Assembly (NCBI GenBank): GCA_030141605.1
Contig: JAQGDQ010000233.1
Location: 124,001-188,000, forward strand
Length of the DNA stretch: 64,000 bases
Source of the DNA: Tubiluchus corallicola
Lineage: Eukaryota > Animalia > Priapulida
Reading direction: 5' to 3'
In this document: positions 25,680 to 37,879 of the stretch, piece by piece
Position numbering within the stretch: the first letter of the stretch is position 1
How the letters are laid out: each line of letters opens with the position of its first letter
The notes under the pieces: generated by a model
Told to the model about the DNA's origin: nothing
Seen by the model: only the letters and a program-made list of their open reading frames with translations
The model's database searches: none
Made by a program: the position numbers and the translations under genes

Positions 25680-26560
25680 TAATCTATAGAAAAATATTAC
25701 TGAAACTACGGACACAAATTTCTTGGGAGTAATTGTCAATAACAAATTAAAATGGAATCTTAAATTGAAAAAGAATACGATAAGATGGCATCCAGCAATA
25801 GTTACTTACTTACAAGTTAAATTCTAAAACAAAACTCCAAGTATACAAAGCTTTTTTTCTACAACATTATTCCTACGCTTGCATTTTTTCGCAATGACGC
25901 AGAAACGCAGGCTTTAAGCAAAATATACACTCTGAAAATTGATCCTAAGATTCGTTACTGGTGTCAGTAATTAAAACGACCGTATGCTTTCAGAAACAGA
26001 AAGCATCAATTTAGTCAATCGGGGAAACTTTAAGAATACGAATAATCCAGTTACACATGAAATTTCGATACACAATGATTTTCATCTGCAAATACGTGAA
26101 TAATATTAGCATACAGTTTTTAAACGGCAGACTACCCTTGCTTCAGACAGTAAAGAAAAACACAAGAACAACAGTGTTAAACAAATTACTACTAAAAACA
26201 AATATGGCCACTATAGCATAGTCATGGCAGCAATAACTCTTTGAAATAATCAGTTATCTATTTAAAAACAAGAATCCACATTAAAAATTATAAGGAAAGG
26301 CTAAAAAAGAGACTAATGACAATGTGCGTATTACCCCAAAACAGACATGATTTTAATAGGCCAGCTCACAGTGCTTATATTTTCCAACGACCTTAAATTT
26401 AATGGCTGTGAATTATCATAGAGACTATTATTTACTGTTATGAACACGTTCTACTGTATTATTGTATTAATTTCGCCAATACAGGAATGCAATTATTTTG
26501 TATAATACACCACGTAGCACCCCTAAATAAACATCATCTTGTTAGGCATATTGTTTATAT
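25680..26560 (+). mobile_element. Old L2/Crack-like LINE 3' fragment, related to the element at 28543
   Basis: KFLGVIVNNKLKWN, KTKLQVYKAF..HYSYAC, LKQITTKNKYGHYSI and terminal YIFQRP* parallel KFLGITVDNKLTWD, KTKILIYKSL..HYLYGC, LKQITVNNKFGNNSI and FIYPRP* of the younger copy. Confidence 0.75.
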
Positions 26561-26635
26561 TTTCCCACAACTCTAAATTTAGTAACAACTAATTCAATTA
26601 TACTATTAACTGTGATATAGAATATTACTGGTAAT

Positions 26636-26764
<129 letters not shown>

Positions 26765-28136
26765 CTGCAAGCCTAACTTCCCTGAAGATTTCACTTTTCC
26801 TTTGAGTTTTTGCGCCAGTGCGAGTCTAGGACTTTCGTTACTAAATTTTTTGATCAGAAAATCGTGTTCTATTTTTTCTCATGGAAAGTTTTCGTTTGGG
26901 ATGAATTTACGTTTGCGCTTGATAATACGCTTTAAATACGGGTGTAATCTTTCGTCGGTTTATTGTTTTTTGTAGAGGACTTACATAAGCTAGGAACGTG
27001 TTTTTTAATTAGCTCGTTTATACGCCTATACAACGAGTCAGAACATTAATATAGCGCACAATTTGAATTTTATAAATTTTGAAATACTCATTATTACTTC
27101 TCGGTCAATAATAACCATCTGCATTTTACATTTTTCATGCGTGCTGTGGTCTCTACAATCGTGACATGGTTGGCACACCGTACGATTGTGGTAACAAACT
27201 GGGTGACGTGGTACACTTGACTGTCTCTGACCCTGTTCATCACGATCTGAGAATGTGTTCGTTGTAATATGCTGCTATTTGGCAAATGAACTGGTGTTAA
27301 GCATAATCAGTTAAATGCTAGTTGGGAAGAAGTACAACTTCGAAAAAACTGGTCCTTTAACCTAGTATAAGCAGCTAATTCTACCAAAAGCAAATTAAAG
27401 ATTTATATCAAAATCACACATAGATTAAACAATGTAAATGCTTTTTGCTATATCTGTATTTTAGCAAGGATTGTCCGTTATTATTCGCCATAACTTTTCT
27501 AATTTACATTCTTGACAATAAAATTTAGTGGCGAAACTATATAGAGTATTATAACTGTAATTTTATTGCTTAATGGAAATCTTTATTAAAGTTTCGCTAC
27601 ATTGCTTATTACTATCAATCATCGTCGTTATAAACCACTTTGTTTATCTCAATTATCGGTTACTAAGCCAAGTTTACTCCCGAATAAACTGTTTATTATA
27701 ACTGAGAAATTCTGTGTCAGAAATGTAATACCCAGGGAAACGTCTTCAACAAACGAGCTAATGATTATGTTTTCATACGAACTGCTCAACTGAAAAAATC
27801 CGAACAATCCTACTTTCGAAAACAACAAAACTATTTCACGGAATTTAGAAATTAATGACTAGCCATAATCCCCGACTGCTGGCGTTCTTTAATAAGTTGC
27901 CACTGTTGCAATACGACTTGGGTTTCAGTATTACGGATCATGCGTCAGTGCCGGTGAAGCTGCGAAGCCCTGCGAGAAAGCCGTGTGCATCAAGATATCT
28001 ATTCGCTGAGTGCCGCGCCGATGTCGTTAACTTTTTGAAGTGTATTCCGCGATTGTAAAAAAGTCGCCAATGCAATCTAATCTAATGTAATCGACAAAAA
28101 TTTTACGCAAATTTTCATACTGGTAATAAAACAGAC

Positions 28137-28518
28137 ATGGAGAGTGAATCGCTAAATTATATTCATAATTCATCGGTCGTTCAGGAGACGGATGACGCAT
28201 TTGATGATTTTAGCGATATTCTGGTCACCAATGTCACTCTGGTGTTCAACCATACAGAAATGGTAGACATGAGTGCTTCATTGAGGATAACACTTTACAC
28301 CATCATTTTTATACTTTCGCTAAGTGGTAATTTTATAGTGATTATCACGCTACTGAAGAACAGACACATGAGAACCATGACGAATTTTTTTCTAGTCAAT
28401 TTAGCAGTTGGTGATTTACTGCTGGGCGTTTTCTGTATGCCTTTTACGCTGGTGGGATCAATCCTACGAAATTTCATTTTTGGACGAAACATGTGCACCA
28501 TTTTGTCCTACTTACAAG
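28137..28518 (+). CDS. CCKR: Cholecystokinin/sulfakinin-type receptor (rhodopsin class GPCR), first coding exon (N-terminus, TM1, TM2, start of TM3)
   Basis: N-glycosylation sequons NSS/NVT/NHT. IFILSLSGNFIVIITL, NRHMRTMTNFFLVNLAVGDLLLGVFCMPFTLVGSILRNFIFG..C; the FCMPF/FIFG pattern is typical of CCK-type receptors. Donor CAAG|GTTAGT (phase 1). Later exons not found in the window. Confidence 0.88.
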
Positions 28519-28542
28519 GTTAGTGACAGCGCTTAACTTTAA

Positions 28543-30127
28543 GTAGACGCGATAATTGATGCCACTGAAAAGTGGCGTTACAACTTAAATAAAAATAAAT
28601 ATATAACAGCAGCATTTTTAGATCTAAGTAAAGCTTTTGACAGCCTCGATCACAATTTACTACTAGACAACTTACGCCAACTAGGATTCGATTATACTTC
28701 TCTCAAACTAATTAATAATTACCTACACAATAGAAAACAAAGAGTCAAACTGAACAAACACACTTTTTCAACATGGGACACACCACAGAGAGGCATCCCA
28801 CAAGGTACGATATTAGGTCCATTACTCTTTTGTTTATACGTTAATAAAATTCATTTAGTTTTACATAATTCAGACTTAACACAATATGCCGATGATACAA
28901 CACTCTATACAGCACACGCAGACTTTCTAACATCAAAAAATAATCTAGAAAAAGACATAACAAATATAAATGCAGCATTTAACTATTTTGGTTTAAAAAT
29001 GAATGATGATAAGACAGAATTTATGGTAATATCACCCAAATCCAATGACATTACTTCTAATGCAACACTAAAAGTAGGTGACTGTTCCATAGAACAAGCA
29101 AAAACTGTAAAATTTTTAGGCATTACTGTCGACAATAAACTCACTTGGGATGAACAGTTTCATCAAATACACAACAAGATGGCGTTAAGCACGACATTCT
29201 TACGCCAAACCAGAGGCCATCTAACCAAGAAAACAAAAATTCTCATCTACAAAAGTCTAATATTACCACATTATCTATATGGTTGCACTTTACTTCAAAA
29301 CGTTAAATATGAAAACTTTAGAAAACTAAATACAATGCAAAACTAGATTAATTCATGGCTACTCTAACAAAACTGCTAAACAACATGCTGCTTCTGCAAC
29401 AAGCTTAAGAACGTCCACAAAAATACCAATATTAGAAGCCTATCGAGATTACAAAACACTGATATTTCTTTATAAATATATAAATAAACTGAGCATTCCA
29501 TTTATAAACAATCCCTTAGCGTTTATTCCTGATACCACATTGAACACTAGAACATACAATTTAAAGCAAATTACAGTAAACAATAAATTTGGAAATAACT
29601 CTATATCAAAACAGGCCATACATTTATGGAACTTACTACCCAGTGAAATAAAACAAATAGAATCTCTCCACCACTTTAAAAAGAAATTAAAAGAATATCA
29701 ATATAACAGGTTTCAACTTCCACATTGTGCATCTGATACTAATTACACGGACTCCACCTTCATATACCCCCGCCCCTGACTCCATATAATGATTAAAAAT
29801 GAAATTTTTTAAAAAAAATTATGTAATGTAATACGTGTTATGTTAGTTTCGTGTTTCGTAATGTTAAATGTATGAATAGTGTGCACTATGTAATGTAAAA
29901 TTTAATGTACTTTCCTATAATTGTTTGTAAAAATATTTTAATATGGTATTTGTAAATATGTTCATTATATTGTATATAGTTTGCACTTTAGTTTTTTTAG
30001 TATGCACTGGACGCATTTGTCTTGAACAGTGTTGTTATTTTAACATTACGCTGAGGCTAACTCAATTTTATTATAATGAGGGAACCGTTTTTATGACAAA
30101 TAAAGAATTAATATATATATATATATA
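28543..30127 (+). mobile_element. Young 5'-truncated L2/Crack-like LINE (RT, 3'UTR and TA tail)
   Basis: Open frame 28543-29343 with FLDLSKAFDSLDH, GIPQGTILGPLLF, YADDT and KFLG. One apparent +1 frameshift at ~29344, then open to 29779 (LWNLLP..FKKKLK). AATAAA at ~30099 and a (TA)n tail. Confidence 0.93.
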
Positions 30128-30506
30128 AGTGATTATCTGTAATCTGGGTATAAGCCATTATAAATTGTTTTATTATATTTATTTGCAATTAGCTACATTA
30201 CACACGCTACAAAGCATTGCCTAGTAAATTTGGATGGTTGTGCTGGACTGGAACTTTGCTCGTTTTACAATGAGACTCTGAACCTGAATCTTATAGGTAA
30301 ACCGCCAGAGTTATAGCATGTAGAGACTAATACCTACTAGAGACAGTAACTCTACAGTCATTGGTCAACCTCGGTTTTACTTAACGCTGGTAGCTGAACA
30401 CACACCGTGACCTCTCGGCTACTTTACTTTTTGGCTTAAACGTTCTTAGGAGCTTATGTTCTTTATTTGTACATGCATACCGACTTTAAATAAAAATTTA
30501 TCTATA

Positions 30507-30507
<1 letters not shown>

Positions 30508-30566
<59 letters not shown>
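30508..30566. repeat. (GTCT)n microsatellite
   Basis: Directly visible. Confidence 0.95.
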
Positions 30567-32099
30567 CCTCTACCAATACAAGATTTATAAACCCCTCAAC
30601 ATCAACAGTCAAGAACATTGAATGGCGATGTCTATACACTTGCATAGATTTAATAATTTTAAGCGCTTTTTGTAACGCGAACTGCGCTGCAAGTTTCAGT
30701 TTAAAAGTTTATTAACCACAATGACCCGAAATTTAGCGTCCTTTATCTTAAATGATGTATCACTTCGGGCGACTTGTCAGGTTTCCCTGTCTGCCTGAAT
30801 CCTACATGAGCGCATGGTTAGTTTGTTATTTACGACGATTCGTTAACCACAAACTGAAAGCTACGCGTCGTACTTTATTTGTAAATTCATAGCCACATCC
30901 CTTTCCAAAATGCACTTTCCTTGTTGAAACTTACAAAGCTTCAAATTCAAAATTTAATGTAGATGAATACGCCGGATTCACCAGTAAGGAGCCTGGCTTG
31001 ATTAAATGAATCACGCGATTACGACAGCCTAGTTTAGCCTTTAAGAGAGTCATTAACTCTAAAAAGGATTTTGCTGAATGAAGAACAAAAGCTCACTTTA
31101 AATAGCAAATCTTTTCATTTAATCTGATAAAAACCGTGATCCGTAAATATTTATATAATAATTATAGTTCGTACAATTCGTTTTTGAGGTTTCATTAATT
31201 TCACATAAGCTTGTGTGATTCGACAATTTAAAAAAAATCAAACCTCAAACACTAAAAAATATCGAAATTACCACATAATACACTCGCATAAAATGCCTTA
31301 CTTAAAATGACAAAAGAAATTTAAATCACTCGTATTTCCCGCCAAACGAACCTCGCTGTAACATATTTGAAAAAATGACGTAAGCCGAAGGCAGGCATAA
31401 CAAAGCTTACACAGTTCACTTAGAAATTTCCCCTATTCTAGATGACTAAACCTTTGTGCTTAACTGTGTTTATGCAAAAATTAGTCATCGGATCAATTTA
31501 CAATAAATTTAAGATGCGTACATAGCTTTAATACTCAGGATTTTTCCTCAAAATGAATAGATACTGCACATTATAATTACGGATAAGCGTGGAACTCTAC
31601 GAAGCCATGAGCATAAAGAAGGTGGGTGCCCAGCGGTTAATTAGCTTCAGTTTTAGTTCAGTTAATAGAGTTCCGTTTTAGCTTGTTAAAATAATTAATC
31701 TGTTACTTTGTCCACGTTAACTAGCCAAGTCGATAACCGATTTTCATTACATAAAGGGCAACAGGTTTCATTAAAACACAAAACATATTAATAACACTCT
31801 TGTTTAACGTTTTGGATTTTTTGTAGTTGATAATAGTAGGCCTAACGTTAGCTGCAAAAGAAGTTCGCTCATGCACCCGGCTATACACGTATAAGCGGTA
31901 ACCAGATGGCATGCATTTTTTCGTTCAAATTGAGCGCTCTCAAGCTTGAAGTGATCGCGACTTTTATATTGATTTTACTAACTACACGAGGCACTTATCA
32001 CAATTTTATTACTCGAACTTTCTAGCATTTTTCTTCAATATTAAAATAAACTCGTCAACTTCCGAAAGACTTGGCTTTTGCTTTAAATGTATATTTCTA

Positions 32100-32580
32100 T
32101 CTTTACACAAACTGACTATCTGATCTGAGTACAACCCTCTGGGGTTGGTCTTCAACTTGTCGTCTTAACTCACTTGACAGATTGCTAAATAGCATCTGAT
32201 CAGGACTAATCTCTTGCTCATAGAACGAAGGTCTTAAATCTGGAGACCCTTGCTTTGGTTCTTAAACACCGATAGTTTACTGGGATACCCGTTTTGCAGA
32301 TGCTTATCGTTTTTCATCTTGGAGATTTCCAGCTGCGGAAAACAAATTTATAAACCCAATTTTCCCAGGGTCTCTTATTTGTGGAATTCCTTATCAGAAA
32401 TTATTTCCCTGATTATACGATTTTACCCGCTTCAAGAAGTATACGTTAAAAAGTACCACATGTCATAAACAAATCAGCTATAAAAATTATATTTTCTGGC
32501 CATCTAATCATATTTTCACCTTTCACTGGTAGTCTTTTATCGTGAGTGCCTGGCCTTGTTTAGGGTGATTTGTATAAATT
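32100..32580 (+). mobile_element. Decayed LINE 3' end fragment
   Basis: FPRVSYLWNSLSE resembles the terminal FFPR..LWNxLP motif of CR1/Jockey-group ORF2. Confidence 0.5.
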
Positions 32581-34999
32581 TCTTTTATGTTATTTCCTAC
32601 GAAAATTTATTTTGTTATAATTCATCATTAGAAAATAGTACTAAATAGTAACTAATATAAGAAAAGCCAAAAATGCGCGTTTGTCTGCAGTTTAACGCTG
32701 GATGTAGCACTGTTATAGACATGTACATAATAATTCATGTAAATTAAGAGTACTAATGCTTATGCGATAATGTTGTACGGTAGCATTAAACCTGAAATTC
32801 TGCTATTATATAATCCTTATCAAATTACGTAAATTTCAACTTTGCAAAATGGCGTGCTACGCCGGGCAATATCCATTAAATATATTATCTAAAACGGTTA
32901 TTCGCTGTCTCTATATGTTATGCAATTAACTTCATTTTCTGCATCCCATTTTTTGTTTAAAAGAGTTAGTTATCCAGTCGTGGGTGTTTATGAAATCTAT
33001 TCTTGCACAGTCGTTTTACACATGTGCAAACAAATTAGGGAAACATGAATAGAAAGCGACTATTAATTGGTGTCTATTAAAATCAAGCTATTAACAAATT
33101 ATGCATAAACTATTAGAAACTATTAAATAATAAGAATACACGACGCATAAATGGAATTTACTGAGAGTAGTGAGTAAATTAAGAACTTATTTCATATATA
33201 GAACACAATTACCAACTGAAAAACAATTAAATTTTGCTAACTAATGAAGTTCTTTTAAAATAAAAAACTGTGTTGACCACCAACTACCATTCTCTTTAAG
33301 TGTGTAGACTTCTGTCTTCACAGACAGACTCCACGGATAAAGCCACTTTCTGCTTTGCATATCTTGCTAAGATCTTGGTTTTTTTCATCTTGCTACTGCA
33401 GCTATTCTGTGTTTCTGTGACATCTGATAATGCCTTTTGCAGCCTGCTTATACGATGCATTATAATGACATTTATAACGTAAATATAACGTTAATTATAA
33501 TTATAACGTAATATGAACTTAAAGATGTGACTATCTATGTTGATCCGTTTAAACAGCTTGTTTTGTCATATTATACAATTTGAAAATTCATCGAATCTGT
33601 TAATATTTGTCTGAGTTGATGCCCCGTGAACTATGTTATCTTTTGATAACCAATATTTATAACACTGCTTTGCATACTAATGTTAAGAAATTTTAAATTC
33701 AATTTTTATTTATTTCAGTTCTTCCAATTTTCTTTGTAGGTTTTTTTTATTGTTTGACAATTGTACTCAATGTTTAACATTTAAATAATAATAAGATGCA
33801 TACAGATAAAAGTTCTGTCGTTCTCTTGTCATTGCAAGATTTAAGAGCAAAAAACAATCACATGATTTTTGTGATCAAAAGAAGATCTTTTTTGTCAAAC
33901 TACGTGAGGTGAACGAGAACAAATTGTGCACATTTTATCTATTTCATTTTCCTCGAAATCGGATACATTTCAAAACCTTTTGATTTATAAGTAACACTTT
34001 CTATTTCAACTTGAGTAGCAATTGATAATAGACAAGTGGATAATAAAAGATTTGTAGCAGCAATAAGGGATGTTTTTATTGCACATTTCAGTGTGGGCAG
34101 GAGATATGAACGATATGGTGAGCAAGGTTTACCAATTCATCTTGAGTTGATTTTTTCGGTGTAAATAAGAACTACTTATTTGTTTACTGAAAAAAGACTG
34201 AATACTGAACTTCACGTTAAAGGAATTTATTTAAACCACAAGTTCACAGGTAACAATAAGTTACTCTCATTTAGTTAAAAATTGTAACCTTGATGGAGTC
34301 CATTTTACGTAGGCGAATTTCAATTGGACAAGCATGCTACCGTAATAAGTAAGTAAACACAAAAGGGCTACGCTAAGCACGCCCAGTATTTGAGTTTACT
34401 GCTGCGATTGACTGTAAAATGTAAAATGTTGGAATATTTAGAATTGTGTATTGAAACCAGCTTGAAATTACTCAAATGCGCTTTATTATTCAGTCTTCGC
34501 GAGGAATTTCGCTCTGTCGGACGGGATATCCGCCTCGCCATCCTGTTAATTGAACCACGTCATGGGGTTAAATCGAAACGTAAAACGTTAGAGACAGTTA
34601 ATAAATACGCAAAATAACAAATATTAACAAATAACTTTTAAGCCCATAAAGTTGCATTGTGGTTCTAAAAATTTCGTTTTATCTTGATTTAGTAAAAGTT
34701 TTGTTATGAAGTGTTGTAAGCGGTTTCGTGGTTAATATCGTCGGTGAAAATTAAAAATTTCCTTGAGTTGATATCGGGATGATAATTTTGGTGAAAGTGC
34801 AGGTGCATGAGATATAAACTGTTCCATAAGCAACCATAAGTTTTTGTGGTTTAACAGGCGTTTAAACAATGATGTCTAGCAGCCAACTACGAAGTTCTAA
34901 GCGAAAAAGTCGTGAGTTGTGTAAGAAGACATCGTACCCAATTTAGCAGACGCTGAACTCGAATTATTTTCGACAGTGCTTTAAAAAACAAGTAGAAAA

Positions 35000-36170
35000 A
35001 CAATTTTGCAACATTTTCCCAGTTGAAAAAGCATCATCACCATTATCATTGTCTGTATTGATGACAATGAAGAGCAGTCTGTGTTTAAATATTAGCACTT
35101 TAACAGAGCTTAGGGCTTAGGGCTATGTGAAATAGGCTGCTGCATAAAACGTCCGGTCTCAAGACCATTACAGAAGTAATAAAGGTACGACGAGGGGAAG
35201 ATATGTCACGTAAAGTTGATTATAAGCTCTCCGATAAGAAATGAGCAAACATAGAGCAAACAACCAACAAATTAAGTGCTAGCAAAAACAAATTAACTTC
35301 AAATCCAATTTCTACATAAGCAGTTGGGAGTATTAATCTGAAAGTAGATGAACCTAAAAACTGTCCTACCGCAGCATCGTCAAAAACAAAGATCGATTGG
35401 GTAAACTAACACGTCTGCAATTAAACAGTAGAAACTCCAATATTAATATTAAATGCTCTTATGACCCCGAACTCTCTGTAATTGTTGAATGCTGTAGAAT
35501 AGTCTGATTAGTACAAGTGCCAAAATTAAAAACGACCTTAATTCAAATATTCTTCGGACGAAATTTGATGCTGCATATAAAGCAATGAGAGGAAAATACA
35601 ACTGCAGTTACCAGACAGCGACACCGCGTCCAAAATGATAGAAAATTGGCAGCCACACGACTTGGATGATAAAACAAACTAGAAAGCCTATCAGATAGTT
35701 CGTTGGTCTCATTAGGAACTGCGACACTGAGTTTACGGATGAAGAAATATTAGAAGACTTTAACCAGTTTTATGAAGTCGCGGGCACAGAACATTTTAAG
35801 CGAAAATGGGAAAAATGCCAATTGTGAAGGTAAAATTTAGAAACATTAAAACACCTGAATGCAGATATTGATAAAGGTGTTCCGGTTAGCAGAAAGATGC
35901 CTAATGCTGCGTTATACAAAACGAAACGCCAACCCACACGTTGTTTTTATTGTCAGGCATTTAACCATGCGGTTAAAAAGTGGTACAAACAGTCAGACGT
36001 GGTAAATGCAGCTAAAAATCACTAAACAGACGAATGCACCGCTGACTACATCAAATGCGCCAACCGGCAACCGTAACAAAAACCAGGAAGCATGGAGTAG
36101 AGTATGTAAAAATTATGTAAACGAAATTGAAAAATATAAAGTTAATGATTAAAATTAAAATGCTAAAATG
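35000..36170 (+). mobile_element. Decayed LINE ORF1 (gag-like, CCHC zinc knuckles; I/Jockey group)
   Basis: PTRCFYCQAFNHAVKK followed by further C/H knuckle relics (..KC..NH..DEC....KCAN) at 35930-36070, preceded by EFTDEEILEDF. Multiple stops. Confidence 0.65.
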
Positions 36171-36599
36171 CACAAAAGTGTGCCAAATTAACATTAACCT
36201 TTTGTTAAACCGTCCTGCCTTGTAGTACAGGCCCTTATGTCTTCCAGCCAGATATTTGTGCCAGAATTGATTTTTATGGCCATCATGCACATCTTCGGCT
36301 GCTATTTTGGATTTCAAAATGGTTAGCACTATTATTTAATGATTAAGATCGTCGCTCAGTTCCTAACAGATCTTTGAGCTAGGTCCAATTTTTGTTCACA
36401 AAATATTGAGGCGGGTGAGATAGATGTGCATTAAGTATTTTGAAAAAAGCGGGCGTGACAAAGTTGCATTGTCAGCATTAGGCAAATATCTTTGTCATTC
36501 AATTACTCAAACAGTGTTGTGCAAGAATTTCACATTTTTCCAAGTATGAGTAACTCGGTTAGGTACATGTGCATTAGATCTTTTTCAAAAAGTAGGCGG

Positions 36600-37490
36600 A
36601 CCCAAGCACGTGTCATGAGTGAAAGTGTTAAAACAGAGTCATGTCAATAACTTAAAAACTGCAAAAACTAGACTCAAGACTTATTATGCAGGTATAAAAC
36701 AGCTCAAAGAATGGTGTAGCACGCAATTAACGGTGTTGCGCCAAAGGGTCAAGGTCAGTGGACATTTGGACGAATTCAACTATGAAATTTAATCTATTAA
36801 AAAAGCAGCAACACAGTATACCAAAGCATACGCGTGTTTATTTACCTGTGCAGTGACAAGAGCCATACGTCTGGAGCTTTGTAAAGATTTAACCAGTGAA
36901 ACTCTCTTACTATGCTTTGGTGTTTTGTTGCACGAGGCAGGAAGCCAGATAAAGTGATATCACACAATGCCAGACTTCAATCTCGCTAAAGATGCTTGCA
37001 GCCGCTCTACATGGCCGACAACCTTTCACCTTAGACCAGAGCTTTCAGCCTAGATTAGGTCGATTTTATGAGGCGAAAGTGGGATGCATTAAAAAAGCCT
37101 CTCAGAAAGCTTTGCCTGTCTTATACTTAGCTGGAAGCATCTCCTGTGGAAATCGAAGCTGCACGTAGTCAACTCTCGACCTTTGGAACAAGTTAATGCA
37201 TTAGAATTGTCGCGAAAAAACAACACTTGCAGCTTTTTTGTACAGTTTGGCAACGCGACTACTTGCTCAACTTGAAAGAAAAGCAAACAGTAAAGAATTC
37301 GAGAAACAGAACCGAAGGTCCTGAATGGGCGATTGGTGTAGTGATTGTAAAAGAAACTTGCTACCTGGATTGTGCAAGGTTAGAAAAATTGAGCTACAGA
37401 TGATAATGAGGTCAGATCTATGAAAGTGCGTATATCACCAGGAAGACTAATGAAAGCCCACTCGTTGCTTTGCCTGTTAGAAGTTCATTA
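36600..37490 (+). mobile_element. BEL/Pao LTR retrotransposon integrase relic
   Basis: KAYACLFTCAVTRAIRLELCKDLTSETLLLCF..FVARGRKPDKVISHNA is the BEL/Pao integrase core pattern; C-terminal DNEVRSMKVR..LCLLEV. Confidence 0.8.
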
Positions 37491-37879
37491 GTTACATAAA
37501 AACCAGTTGGACTTATTTAAACACCTTAGTCTACGTCATATGACTTGGCCTCGACCACTTTGAAAAATACCTATCTACATCTAACCCCCGTACATTAAAA
37601 CCTTGAAAAACATGGGATTCAGCACAATGCTGCAAGAGCACGTGACCGGCAAATATATTCACCCTAATTATGACATGTTGATCACCAACTCCATATTTTG
37701 TGAAAAAAAGTGAACCCAAGAAACTGAGTGGCAAGTTTAATTACTAAATAATAGTTGCAGTCAAACTGAAATCGAAGTTGGCAGTCGAAGATCTACATAA
37801 AACATGACACCTATATTTTTTTAATTCAGCAACCCCAAATTGACATAAAATGACACAAATATCATTGGCACACATATAT

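Noticed and set aside
28137-29346. GPCR-reverse transcriptase fusion protein
   Set aside because: The two are in different frames and a TAG at 28521-28523 intervenes.
34080-34140. ERY-encoding sequence as a candidate receptor exon 2
   Set aside because: The context (RYERYGEQG) has no hydrophobic TM3 helix.
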